This document shows, piece by piece, positions 10,107-19,407 of a stretch of 64,000 nt of DNA; the first letter of the stretch is position 1; every line of letters starts with the position of its first letter. Source of the DNA: Candidatus Zixiibacteriota bacterium (lineage in GTDB: Bacteria > Zixibacteria > MSB-5A5 > SM1-73). The notes below the pieces were generated by a model. The model had not been told where the DNA came from. It saw nothing but the letters and a program-made list of their open reading frames with translations, and did not search any database. The stretch covers positions 223 through 64,222 of the forward strand of contig JBAUFO010000106.1 in the NCBI GenBank assembly GCA_049679185.1. Direction: 5' to 3'. Position numbers and translations under genes: made by a program.

Positions 10107-10260
10107 TGTGCCCCGTAGGCGGAGGATCTGCCTACGGCATGACCAGCCCCGCACAATTGCGGCGCGCAGGATGCCCGCCCAACGAACCAAGATGATGGTT
10201 CTGTTGAAACAAAAGGGATAGAGAAAGCGGTAACCGCACCCTTCAGGGTGCGAAGAGATT

Positions 10261-10977
10261 CTACCCAAGACCTGCTAGCTTCTTGAGATCGTGGACTTCT
10301 CTATCCGACAAATACCTCCACTGCCCGGCTTTCAAACCACGTGCGGTAAGATGGGCAAACCTGGTGCGTATCAGGTGAGCCACACGAAGATTGACCGCCT
10401 GACACATTAGCTTTATCTCCCTTTTCCTCCCCTCCTTCAACTTCAACTCAAAGACTGATTCCTTTTCGCCCGTTTTGATAATCCTTGCTTGACCGCGGCC
10501 GATGATCCCCTCCTCCAGCTTTACCCCCTGCTGAAACTTATTCAGAATCTCGTCGTCCATTTTTCCTTTGACCGTGACCAGATAGGTCTTCTCGATCTCG
10601 AATTTAGGATGGGTCAAGCGGTAAGTCAGCTCTCCGTCGTTGGTTAAAAGGAGCACCCCCTCGGTGTTCAAATCCAACCTGCCGACCGGAAAGACCTTCT
10701 TCTCCTTCCCCACCAGATGCATTACCGTGGGACGACGAAAGCTATCCCTGACCGTGGAGAGATAACCTTTGGGTTTGTTTAGAAGGATGTAAATGAGATT
10801 CTTGTGAAGCGATACCTTTTTGCCATCGACTGTAACGTGATCGATCTTCTCGTCGACAGAGACCCCCAGCTTCTGGACGGTGATGCCATTCACAGCCACC
10901 CTGCCGGATTGAATCAAAAGGTCTGCCGCCCTGCGGGAACAGACGCCTGAATGGGCTAAGAATTTATTGAGCCTCAT
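10261..10977 (-). CDS. rluB: RsuA/RluB-family rRNA pseudouridine synthase
   Basis: N-terminal S4 domain (MRLNKFLAHSGVCSRRAADLLIQSGRVAVNG) and a PseudoU_synth_2 core (GRLDLNTEGVLLLTNDGEL). Overlaps scpB by 14 nt. Confidence 0.8.
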   Translation of the reverse strand: MRLNKFLAHSGVCSRRAADLLIQSGRVAVNGITVQKLGVSVDEKIDHVTVDGKKVSLHKNLIYILLNKPKGYLSTVRDSFRRPTVMHLVGKEKKVFPVGRLDLNTEGVLLLTNDGELTYRLTHPKFEIEKTYLVTVKGKMDDEILNKFQQGVKLEEGIIGRGQARIIKTGEKESVFELKLKEGRKREIKLMCQAVNLRVAHLIRTRFAHLTARGLKAGQWRYLSDREVHDLKKLAGLG

Positions 10978-11770
10978 CTTGGGGGTAAGCCTCGGAAGGG
11001 GAATCCGCCGGGACCTGGAGGGGAATCTCTGCCGAAGGTTCGCCTGCTTCTACCGGCTTCTCTTCGGTCTGTTCTGTTTTCTCCTCCCCCGTTCTCTCAT
11101 AAATCTGCTCGGCAAAGGAGGGGGCTTCTTTTGCCTTGAGGATCTTCTCCAGTTCTTCGATCCTGGGGAGGTCATCCAGATCGTTGAGGCCGAAGTGGGC
11201 CAGGAACTCCGTTGTGGTGCCGTACAAAAGAGGTCTTCCCGGGGCGGGCTTTCTTCCCACGATGGTGATGAGCTTGCGATCCAGCAGGGTGAATACTGGC
11301 CCCTCGCTGTTGACCCCTCTTAAGCGGTCTATCTCCGATTTCACGAGGGGCTGCTTGTAGGCCACGATGGAGAGGACCTCCAGCGCCTGGCGCGAAAGCC
11401 TTTCTCTTCTGCTATGAGAGAAAAGCGCCTTTACCCAGGGGGCATAATCGGGAAGAGTATATATGTGGAAACCCTTGGCGATTCTTTTTATGGCGAAGCT
11501 GTGGCCGCCTGCTCGATATCTTTCGTTCAAAGAATCTATGGCTTCCTCAATCTGCTCGTTGGTGATATCCTTTATGACTGCCTTAATCCCCCCGGCAGAC
11601 AGAGGCTTCTCCGAGGCGAAAAGCAAGGCTTCGATTACGGGCTGGTGATCGTTATTCGAATTCAATTCTTCCTCTTCCCATGAAAGCATGTTCAGCAGCT
11701 GCCACAGCCGCAGGTGGGGAATCCGTCTCCGGTGCGACCGGCCCCTCTCCGACCCGGCGGCTACGGTCAA
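10964..11770 (-). CDS. scpB: segregation and condensation protein B (ScpB)
   Basis: IEALLFASEKPLS and a double winged-helix ScpB pattern; the start overlaps the buk stop (ATGA coupling); acidic C-terminal tail. Confidence 0.75.
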   Translation of the reverse strand: MTVAAGSERGRSHRRRIPHLRLWQLLNMLSWEEEELNSNNDHQPVIEALLFASEKPLSAGGIKAVIKDITNEQIEEAIDSLNERYRAGGHSFAIKRIAKGFHIYTLPDYAPWVKALFSHSRRERLSRQALEVLSIVAYKQPLVKSEIDRLRGVNSEGPVFTLLDRKLITIVGRKPAPGRPLLYGTTTEFLAHFGLNDLDDLPRIEELEKILKAKEAPSFAEQIYERTGEEKTEQTEEKPVEAGEPSAEIPLQVPADSPSEAYPQDEAQ

Positions 11771-12888
11771 TAATCTTTAACCTTTTGTGGATAGGTCTTG
11801 GCCTCCTCCTCTCCCCTGAGCACCCGGAGAGCGCCCAGAGCCAGAGATTTCATCTCATCCTCTCCGGCATACACCAGAACCTCAGCTAAGAATCCGGTCC
11901 ATTCTCTTATCTTCTCCACCACGTAATTTGAACGCGCCAGTCCTCCGGTTAGGACTATGGCATCCACTTTTCCCTCTAAAGCTACAGCACGACTGCCGAT
12001 TTCGCAAGCAATTTGATAGATCATGGCGTGATAAATTCTCTCAGCCTCCGCATCTCCCTGCTGGATTCTCTTCTCCACCTCTTGGCAGTTATTGGTGTCG
12101 AGATAGGCTGCCAATCCGCCCCGGCCCACCAGCTTCTTCTTCACCTCATCTAAGGAGACTTTCCCGGAGAAGCACCACTGGGCGAAGTCGAACATGGGAA
12201 GGTAGCCAGTCCTCTCCGGGGTAAAGGGCCCGCTGTCCAGGGCATTGTTGGCATCTATCACCTTGCCTTTGTGTATGGCGGCAACGGATATTCCTCCGCC
12301 CAGATGTGCCACGATGAGGTTGATCTGATCAAGTTTTTTTGAGAGAGCACGGGCAGCCAACCGGGCAGTGGCCTTGACATTTAGGGCGTGAAAAAGGCTT
12401 CTTCGGGGGAACTCCGGCAGTCCGGAATACCGGGCCATGGGCTGGTATTCATCCACCGAGGGGGGATCCACGATGAAAGAGGGGATATGATAATCCCAGC
12501 CGATGCCGAAAGCTAACACCGCGCCGAGATTGGAGGGATGCTCTCCGCCGTACGCATTGCGGCCATCCTCGATCATCAGCTCGTTCACCCGATAGGTCCC
12601 GCTCACCACCGGGCGGAACAACCCTCCTCTGCCCACCACTGCAGAGAGCTTTTCGGGCTTGAGTTTGGCATCCTCCAGGGCTTCCTTGATCAGCTTTTTT
12701 CGGAACTCGTACTGATCCCACACCCGGGCAAACGGCTCCAACTCCAGCTTGCTGTGGTTTATGCTCCGGGAGAAGACCTGCTTCTCATCCTCGAACACCG
12801 CGATTTTGGAGGAGGTGGAGCCGGGATTTATTACTAGAATCCTGAATCTTTTCCTCTCGGTCAAACCAACCCTTTCCTCTGACCTCAC
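11767..12888 (-). CDS. buk: butyrate kinase (ASKHA superfamily)
   Basis: ILVINPGSTSSKIAVF N-terminal phosphate-1 motif and a length of about 360 aa, characteristic of butyrate/branched-chain fatty acid kinases. Confidence 0.8.
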   Translation of the reverse strand: MRSEERVGLTERKRFRILVINPGSTSSKIAVFEDEKQVFSRSINHSKLELEPFARVWDQYEFRKKLIKEALEDAKLKPEKLSAVVGRGGLFRPVVSGTYRVNELMIEDGRNAYGGEHPSNLGAVLAFGIGWDYHIPSFIVDPPSVDEYQPMARYSGLPEFPRRSLFHALNVKATARLAARALSKKLDQINLIVAHLGGGISVAAIHKGKVIDANNALDSGPFTPERTGYLPMFDFAQWCFSGKVSLDEVKKKLVGRGGLAAYLDTNNCQEVEKRIQQGDAEAERIYHAMIYQIACEIGSRAVALEGKVDAIVLTGGLARSNYVVEKIREWTGFLAEVLVYAGEDEMKSLALGALRVLRGEEEAKTYPQKVKDY

Positions 12889-12938
12889 CCCCTATCCCCC
12901 TCTCCATAAGATGGAGAGGGGGAACAAAGGAGGAGAGG
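12883..12938. repeat. GC palindromic repeat family B, copy 1 (CTCACCCCC...CCCCCTCTCC-loop-GGAGAGGGGG...)
   Basis: tccccctctccataagatggagaggggga between the Leu dehydrogenase stop and the buk start; related copies at 25969-26026, 27886-27978 and 58054-58107. Confidence 0.6.
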
Positions 12939-12943
12939 TAATT

Positions 12944-14047
12944 TCAGGACTTCCTGTTTGCCCGAACGAAACTCTCCGTGAGTATGCTCTTCACCGCCCC
13001 CACCCTTTGGATTCTCTCCTCCGCCATCTTGCAGGCCGCCTCATACGGAGACACGTTCTCCCGCTTGGAGATGGCGATGACCTTTGCCATTATATTGTAA
13101 ATGGTTTTGACCGAATCGAGCGCCTCTTCCCTGGAGAGGACCTTGAGTGCATCCTCGGTTAAGAACAGTTCACCAGCATTGACCACGAAATCGGGAGCGT
13201 ACACGATTCCCATCTCGTAGAGTTTCTGGCACAGCCCTACGCTCTCCACGATGTCATAGGCCGCTCCTGCAACTATTTTGCACTTGAGTTGAGAAACATT
13301 CCTTTTGGTGACCACCGGCCCCAGGGCACATGGAGAGAGCACGTCGCATTGGACGGAGAGAATCTCGTCGGGTTTCACGACGGTAGTGTCCGGATATTTA
13401 TCCTGCACGTCCTTTATCGAATCATAATTTAAGTCAGTGACTATAAGCTTTACTTTTTCCTTCTTCAAACAGTCCGCCAGCCTTTTCCCCACGTTTCCTA
13501 CGCCCTGGATGGCAATGGTTAGTCCATCCAGCGATGAAACTCCGTAGATCTCCTTCACGCAAGCCTTCATCCCCCAGTAGACTCCGTGGGCGGTCAAGTC
13601 GGCGCTTTCGGCTTTGATGCCGGTGGGCGATTCGTAAGGGAGCACGTACTCGGTCTCCCTCTTTATGTATTTCATGTCCTGGGTGTCGGTTCCCAAATCC
13701 GGGTAAGTGATGAATTTCCCTTTCAACCCTTCTACGAACCTTCCGAAAGCCCGAAAGAAGGCCTCATCGGTCTCCGCCTCCGGATCGTCGTACAAAACCG
13801 CTTTTCCGCCGCCGGTATCGGAATCCGCCACTGAGGACTGATAGGTCATTATTCGGGAGAGTTTGAGAGCATCCACCAGCGCCTCTTCCTCCGATTCGTA
13901 CTTCCACAGCCTGCATCCGCCCACCGCGTTGCCCAGCGTGGTGTTATGGATGGCGATTATAGCCTTCAGCCGGGTGGGCTTATTGTAGCAGAAGAGGACC
14001 TCCTCATGCCCGTGCTTTTCCATCAATTCGAAGATACTCACGATCAC
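12944..14047 (-). CDS. Glu/Leu/Phe/Val dehydrogenase family, leucine (branched-chain amino acid) dehydrogenase-like
   Basis: GGCRLWKY and GGGKAVL motifs, a Rossmann motif GVGNVG, and the roughly 365-aa length typical of leucine/valine dehydrogenases. Confidence 0.8.
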   Translation of the reverse strand: MIVSIFELMEKHGHEEVLFCYNKPTRLKAIIAIHNTTLGNAVGGCRLWKYESEEEALVDALKLSRIMTYQSSVADSDTGGGKAVLYDDPEAETDEAFFRAFGRFVEGLKGKFITYPDLGTDTQDMKYIKRETEYVLPYESPTGIKAESADLTAHGVYWGMKACVKEIYGVSSLDGLTIAIQGVGNVGKRLADCLKKEKVKLIVTDLNYDSIKDVQDKYPDTTVVKPDEILSVQCDVLSPCALGPVVTKRNVSQLKCKIVAGAAYDIVESVGLCQKLYEMGIVYAPDFVVNAGELFLTEDALKVLSREEALDSVKTIYNIMAKVIAISKRENVSPYEAACKMAEERIQRVGAVKSILTESFVRANRKS

Positions 14048-14140
14048 CTAGGAAAGTTAAAAATTGAAAGTGAAAAATTCAAAATTGTCCGAATTTGGAT
14101 GCTGCGGACAATTCAAAATTCAAAAATGTGTTAGGTTGTG

Positions 14141-14198
14141 TAATTTTGAACTTTGAATTGTAATTTTGCACTTTGCTTTTTGAATTTTGAATTTGCCT
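14141..14198. repeat. AT-rich intergenic repeat family A, copy 1 (aattttgaactttgaattgtaattttgcactttgc...ttgaattttgaatttgcc)
   Basis: About 55-nt motif also present twice at 46038-46091 and 46181-46232, in every case in the 5' region of a minus-strand gene. Confidence 0.6.
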
Positions 14199-14597
14199 TC
14201 ATTTCTCCTTCAGCTCAATCAGCACCCCGTGCGTGCTCTTCGGCTTGATGAAGACTATCTTCTTTCCCTCAGCGCCCATTCGTGGCCTGTCAACCAGTTC
14301 CGCACCCTTCTCTGCCAGCTCTGTGGCTGCCTTCTCAACGTCATCTACCTGGAAACAGATATGATGAATTCCTTCACCTCGTTTTTCAATGAACCCGGCG
14401 AGCACACTGTTCTCATCCGTGGGCATCAGAAATTCCAGCTTGACCCCGGAAACGTCGATGAAAGCTATCCTCAGCTTCCTTTCCGGAACGTCCGTCTCCT
14501 CCGAGACGTGGCATCCCAGGATGTCTTGATAGAACTTCGACGCCTCGCCAATATCCTTCACCGCAATCCCAATATGCTCAATCTTATCCAATTTCAT
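14199..14597 (-). CDS. mce: methylmalonyl-CoA epimerase (VOC/glyoxalase family)
   Basis: 132 aa; IEHIGIAVKDI ... GIHHICFQVDD ... HGVLIELKE pattern of methylmalonyl-CoA epimerases. Confidence 0.8.
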   Translation of the reverse strand: MKLDKIEHIGIAVKDIGEASKFYQDILGCHVSEETDVPERKLRIAFIDVSGVKLEFLMPTDENSVLAGFIEKRGEGIHHICFQVDDVEKAATELAEKGAELVDRPRMGAEGKKIVFIKPKSTHGVLIELKEK

Positions 14598-14696
14598 GGG
14601 TTGCCTTCATCCGTTTAATCCGTTACATCCGCTGACCGCCTTCTGCGCTATTTGAATTTAGAGCCGTGGACCGTGGACTGTCGACGGCGGACGTCT

Positions 14697-16310
14697 TTAC
14701 ACAAGCACACTCTCCCGATACTCTCCCCAAACCGATCTCAGCACGTCACATATCTCACCCAGCGAAGCATAGTTTTCGACGCACTCTATGATCTGTGGCA
14801 TTAGGTTTTCCCCGGTCGAGGCCATCTTTTGCAAGTTCTCTAAGGAAGCTTTAGCTTTGGCATCATCTCTTCTTTTTCTCAACGCCTTCAGTCGCTTTAC
14901 CTGATCTTTTCCCACCTTGGGGCTGATCTTGAAGATGTCTTTGATCTTCTCCTTCTCGGTGACGAACTTGTTCACTCCCACGATGGCTCTATCCTCGCTC
15001 TCGACGGCCTTTTGATACTCATACGCACTCTTTTGAATCTCCCGTTGGTAGTATCCCGACTCGACAGCCCAGAGCGCCCCGCCCTTCTCCTCGATGTGAT
15101 CGATATACTTCTTTGCTCTTTTCTCGATCTCATTTGTCAGGTACTCAACATAGTACGACCCGCCCAAAGGATCGACCGTATCCGGCACCCCGCTTTCGTA
15201 GCCGATGACCTGCTGAGTCCTCAGGGCAAGTTGCGCTGATTCTTGCGATGGCAAGCTCAATGCTTCATCCCGTGAATTGGTATGTAGCGACTGGGTTCCG
15301 CCCAAAACCGCGGCCAGAGCTTGCAGGGCGACTCGGACGACGTTGTTCTCCGCCTGCTGTGCGGTCAACGTACATCCCGCGGTCTGGGTATGAAACCGGA
15401 ATCTGGCAGATTCGTCATCCTTTGCTTTGAACTTCTCCTTGATGATCCTTGCCCACAATCTTCTCGCCGCCCTGAACTTTGCTATCTCCTCGAAGAAATT
15501 ATTGTGAGAGTTCAGGAAAAAAGATAGCCGCTTGCCAAATTCATCAATATCCAGACCTGCTTCGATGGCTGCTTTTACGTAAGCAATGCCGTTTGCCAGT
15601 GTAAAGGCGATCTCCTGGACTGCGGTGGAACCTGCTTCCCGAATATGATAGCCGCTTATGCTGATGGGATTCCACTTGGGCAGATTCTGCTTGCAGTACT
15701 TGAAAGTGTCGGTGATCAGACGCATGGAGGGCTTGGGAGGAAAGATGTAGGTGCCTCGCGCGATGTACTCCTTGAGAATGTCGTTTTGAATGGTGCCCGA
15801 GAGAACCTCTAAGGGCACGTTCTGCTTCTTCGCCAAGACCACGTACATAGCTAAGAGCACCGAGGCGGTGGAGTTGATGGTCATGGAGGTGGAAACCTTG
15901 TCTAAGGGAATTTCCCTGAACAGAATCTCCATATCCTCCAGCGTGTCGATTGCCACGCCGGTTTTGCCCACCTCGCCCTCGGCCAGCGGATGGTCTGAGT
16001 CGTAGCCTATCTGGGTGGGAAGATCGAAGGCAACCGAAAGGCCGGTTTGCCCTTGTTCCAGGAGATACCTGTATCTCTTGTTGGTCTCCTCGGCCGTGCC
16101 AAACCCGGCATACTGCCGCATGGTCCACAGCCTGCCGCGATACATGTTCTTGTATATGCCGCGGGTAAAGGGATATTCGCCGGCACGTCCCAGGTTCTTT
16201 TCATGGTCGGATCCACTCACGGATTCGGGACCGTAAACATGGTCGATGTCAATGTCAGATGTGGTTGAGGTTCTCTTGTCTTTGCTCAAAACCGCTCGCT
16301 CTCTCGGCAT
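14697..16310 (-). CDS. B12-dependent acyl-CoA mutase large (catalytic, substrate-binding) subunit; methylmalonyl-CoA mutase-type specificity residues
   Basis: [24 protein letters not shown] and [20 protein letters not shown] retain the Tyr and Arg that bind the substrate carboxylate in methylmalonyl-CoA mutase. No fused B12-binding domain. Confidence 0.85.
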   Translation of the reverse strand: MPRERAVLSKDKRTSTTSDIDIDHVYGPESVSGSDHEKNLGRAGEYPFTRGIYKNMYRGRLWTMRQYAGFGTAEETNKRYRYLLEQGQTGLSVAFDLPTQIGYDSDHPLAEGEVGKTGVAIDTLEDMEILFREIPLDKVSTSMTINSTASVLLAMYVVLAKKQNVPLEVLSGTIQNDILKEYIARGTYIFPPKPSMRLITDTFKYCKQNLPKWNPISISGYHIREAGSTAVQEIAFTLANGIAYVKAAIEAGLDIDEFGKRLSFFLNSHNNFFEEIAKFRAARRLWARIIKEKFKAKDDESARFRFHTQTAGCTLTAQQAENNVVRVALQALAAVLGGTQSLHTNSRDEALSLPSQESAQLALRTQQVIGYESGVPDTVDPLGGSYYVEYLTNEIEKRAKKYIDHIEEKGGALWAVESGYYQREIQKSAYEYQKAVESEDRAIVGVNKFVTEKEKIKDIFKISPKVGKDQVKRLKALRKRRDDAKAKASLENLQKMASTGENLMPQIIECVENYASLGEICDVLRSVWGEYRESVLV

Positions 16311-16466
16311 CGATTTATGATTCTTCGTGCTTGGACCACAGGGTCACTCGCGAATTCAGCAACATTACGCTCAGTATGGACAGCCAGGTACGAGATGCTG
16401 TTATGGGACTGTCTATATCGGGAGCAGATGTCATTTAGGGCAAACCGGAAGCCGAGGTGCGTCACT

Positions 16467-16778
16467 TCACTCGTGCGCTTGCCTGCTCCATATCTCCCAG
16501 ATCTCTTTTGCTATGGGTTCGTAATGTTCTCTTGCACCTGCGGTTGACTCGCTAAACCACCTCACAAACTCCTTATGCACTAACTCCAACACCTCAGTTT
16601 CAGACTTGCAGTGTTTCAACTCCGGCAGGATCGTGAAGAGTTCGGGATCGTATTCGTCCAAGTTGTCCTCAAAGACGATTCCGACAGGATCATATTTCAG
16701 CAGCACCTCTGTCACCGCTTGATACAGCTCCCCGAACTCGTTTCTCAGTTTCTGATTTCGTGTCGGCTTTTCGTTCAT
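16467..16778 (-). CDS. hypothetical small acidic protein
   Basis: 103-aa ORF between two operon genes, no confident family (weak DUF1871-like feel: LLKYDPVGIVFED). Confidence 0.4.
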   Translation of the reverse strand: MNEKPTRNQKLRNEFGELYQAVTEVLLKYDPVGIVFEDNLDEYDPELFTILPELKHCKSETEVLELVHKEFVRWFSESTAGAREHYEPIAKEIWEIWSRQAHE

Positions 16779-16829
16779 TTCTCTTCCACATCTCCTGGTT
16801 AGGGAAAACTCAAGCCTTTTGATGTTGTC

Positions 16830-16946
16830 GTCGTTCTGAGCGTAGCGAAGAATCTCACGTTTTCCGAGACCCTTCGCTTCCCGGACGGGGCCGTCTGGCC
16901 GCTCTGCACCAAGAGGTCCAGGGCTCCGCTCAGGGTGACAGTCGTC
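16830..16946. repeat. structured intergenic element family E, copy 1 (closing stem gtcgttctgag / ctcagggtgac)
   Basis: About 115 nt abutting the phosphoesterase stop codon. The 5' 52 nt are about 90% identical to copy 2, and the last 20 nt are conserved. Confidence 0.65.
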
Positions 16947-18707
16947 CTACTTTAGCACAAGAACACCGAAGTCCTTCGGGTCGTAGCTTATCGGCACCAG
17001 CCAATCAGCCGAGGTGTCGAGTCGTTTTTGCTTGCGGCGGAAGTTGAGCGACCACTTCTTCCCCGATTGGTTTTCGGTGTCCAACTGGTCTAACGGTATT
17101 CTTGCCTCAATGCTCCAGTAATCATCTCCCTTGAATGTTTTCACTTCATAAGTGCCGTTCCATTCCCTATCTGTGGCATCCTCGATGCCTTCTTTCACCA
17201 TGATCTTCTGGTCAAAGGCCGTGCCCAGGGGGTTGAAGTATATCTGGTAGACAGGGCCATCGTCGGTCTCCGGCTGGAGGAAATAGCCAACACAATCTTC
17301 ACCATAGACTGCACCGTCACGGTCCTTTACATTAGCCCGAATTGAGTCCATCTTCGTCTCCATGCATTTGGCGGCAATATACAGGTTGTCCTTGTCCCAT
17401 GCAAAATAGAAATATACTGGATCGGTAAACATCGGTGAACCATCTGAAGCAAAGAACTTGGTGGTTGGATTCTTCCAGATGCCTTCAGTCAGTTCGCCGT
17501 CAATCGATGGCGGCTTTTTGGCCTGGTAAGCATAGACCGTACGTGAGATGCCCAGATCTTCCGTCAATTCGAATTTCTTGTTTTCAGCATAGGGATATCG
17601 GAGAGAGACCTCGGGAGTAGGATAAACCGGGCCGGTGCTTGTTACCGAAAACTTAAAGGTGCAGCTGTTCCCCGGTCCAACCCGCACAGGGACACTCTGA
17701 GGGGTAACGGTCCAACCGTCCGGCACCTCCCAGGACAACGTGTCCGAAAGGGCCAACTGGTCATTGAGATTCTTGATCCTGACCCCGATCTCCGTTCTCG
17801 GAACGCCCAGGTCCGCTCTAAGCGGCGCCTTTTCGATGCGCACGGCCTGGTCTTGAATCTCGTCTATGAAATTGAATTCCGCAGCAGTTACCTCATCCCA
17901 AGGGAGGACTGCATCCTTCCTTATGGGAGCAATCGAAATCCCATCTGCATCCACCGTGACCCACATAAAGTGATATTCCAAACCTGTTGGACCCGGCCAG
18001 AGGTAGCCACCCGAGCTTCCCACACCGGTATATTTGACCCCATCAAACTCTCCGCTGAAGTAACTGTGATAATGCCCGGAGAATACGGCGTCGACCCCAT
18101 ATTTGGCAAACAGGGAATGAAGGGTGTCTGGCTCACCCTTTGCTACGGCGTGGATCCAGAAAGGCTTGTGGAAATGGACAATGGTGTATAAAGCTCCCTT
18201 GTTCTTCTCCAAATCCTGGGCCAGCCACTCGATCTGTTCGGTGGCGAAATCGTCGATTACGTCCGGAATGCTGTTATCCAGAGAGATGAAGTGCACTCCC
18301 CTTACGTCGAAGGAGTAGTAAGGCTCGCCGATGTACCGCCTGTATAACTCACGGGCCGTGGAGTCGCCGATATCGTGATTTCCGGGGGTGAAATAGATGG
18401 GCGCGGTCAAAGGCTCGATCAATTTCAGGTACTCTTCCCACTCATCTTTAATCGTTATTGTGTCATCCGTGTACCCCTGGATCATATCTCCAACAGTCAG
18501 CACGAAATCGGGCTTCATCCTTTGGATCTCTTCGAGGACCTGCTCGTATATCCCGGGCTGGGCGTGACCGGTGCGGTCTCCAATCACTGCAAATCGCATG
18601 GGGTGCTCTTCCAGGCCCTTGGAGGAGCCGCCACATCCTTGCATACAGAACAATGATAGCGTAACGATTAATGCGACAACAACCAGTGAAATGCCTCTCA
18701 TCTCCAC
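16947..18707 (-). CDS. lipoprotein: calcineurin-like metallophosphoesterase fused to a CBM9-like (carbohydrate-binding family 9 / DOMON-like) C-terminal domain
   Basis: Lipobox LFCMQGCGG; phosphoesterase motifs GDRTGH, VLTVGDMIQ, GNHD; C-terminal IDGELTEGIWKNPTTKFFA...AWDKDNLYIAAKCMETK matches the CBM9-like domain pattern. Confidence 0.7.
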   Translation of the reverse strand: MEMRGISLVVVALIVTLSLFCMQGCGGSSKGLEEHPMRFAVIGDRTGHAQPGIYEQVLEEIQRMKPDFVLTVGDMIQGYTDDTITIKDEWEEYLKLIEPLTAPIYFTPGNHDIGDSTARELYRRYIGEPYYSFDVRGVHFISLDNSIPDVIDDFATEQIEWLAQDLEKNKGALYTIVHFHKPFWIHAVAKGEPDTLHSLFAKYGVDAVFSGHYHSYFSGEFDGVKYTGVGSSGGYLWPGPTGLEYHFMWVTVDADGISIAPIRKDAVLPWDEVTAAEFNFIDEIQDQAVRIEKAPLRADLGVPRTEIGVRIKNLNDQLALSDTLSWEVPDGWTVTPQSVPVRVGPGNSCTFKFSVTSTGPVYPTPEVSLRYPYAENKKFELTEDLGISRTVYAYQAKKPPSIDGELTEGIWKNPTTKFFASDGSPMFTDPVYFYFAWDKDNLYIAAKCMETKMDSIRANVKDRDGAVYGEDCVGYFLQPETDDGPVYQIYFNPLGTAFDQKIMVKEGIEDATDREWNGTYEVKTFKGDDYWSIEARIPLDQLDTENQSGKKWSLNFRRKQKRLDTSADWLVPISYDPKDFGVLVLK

Positions 18708-18761
18708 CTCCTCGAGAGATCGTGCCCGGCGGAAATATGTTTCTCCATGTCCTTATCTTCT

Positions 18762-19268
18762 CTATTCAAACACGATCAGCACCTGATCCTTATCCACCGC
18801 CTGATGCTTCTTGACTTTTATTGCCTTAACCTTCCCATCATGCTTGGCTTTCAGCTCATTCTCCATCTTCATGGCTTCGACGATTACCACCCCCTGACCC
18901 GTCACCACCGTGTCTCCCTCGTTTACTTGGATGGCGGTGATCAGGCCGGGCATGGGGCTTCGGAGATCCTGCTCTTTCTTGGTGTCGACCTTCAGCGCGC
19001 CCAGCCTTTTCAGCCTTTGAGACCGTTCGTCCTCCAGCACACACTCGTATTTATTGCCGCCAAGGAAGACAGAGACCTTCTCTTCGTTTTTGGAAAACTG
19101 GAGATCAAAAGATCTATGGTTGAAGAGAAACGAGACGAAGTCTCTGCCTTTTACGTAGACTGAATCTGCCTGGACCGGTACTCCATCCAATTCAACCCGT
19201 GTGTCCCCGTCCACTTCCCGGATGTCTACCTGATAGCTCTTGCTTTCTAATTGAACCACGTATTTCAT
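18762..19268 (-). CDS. biotin carboxyl carrier protein / biotin-requiring subunit of an acyl-CoA carboxylase
   Basis: C-terminal biotinyl domain with the EAMKMEN biotinylation motif. Confidence 0.75.
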   Translation of the reverse strand: MKYVVQLESKSYQVDIREVDGDTRVELDGVPVQADSVYVKGRDFVSFLFNHRSFDLQFSKNEEKVSVFLGGNKYECVLEDERSQRLKRLGALKVDTKKEQDLRSPMPGLITAIQVNEGDTVVTGQGVVIVEAMKMENELKAKHDGKVKAIKVKKHQAVDKDQVLIVFE

Positions 19269-19295
19269 TTTCTCGACCTGGTTTCTTGTACCCGT

Positions 19296-19395
19296 GTCAT
19301 TCTGAGCGTAGCGAAGAATCTCTTGTTTTCCCAGGCCCTTCGCTTCGCCCTGCCCCAGGTGGTGCAGGGCTTGGTTCAGGGTGACAATGTGATCC
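19296..19395. repeat. structured intergenic element family E, copy 2
   Basis: gtcattctgagcgtagcgaagaatctcttgttttcccaggcccttcgcttc...cagggtgacaatg, 12 nt after the accC stop. Confidence 0.65.
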
Positions 19396-19407
19396 TCCCA
19401 AACTGAA

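Noticed and set aside
14040-14200. Possible CRISPR-like or tandem array because of reiterated aattcaaaatt words
   Set aside because: The repeats are not regularly spaced with unique spacers. They form AT-rich degenerate words plus one palindrome, not a CRISPR array.
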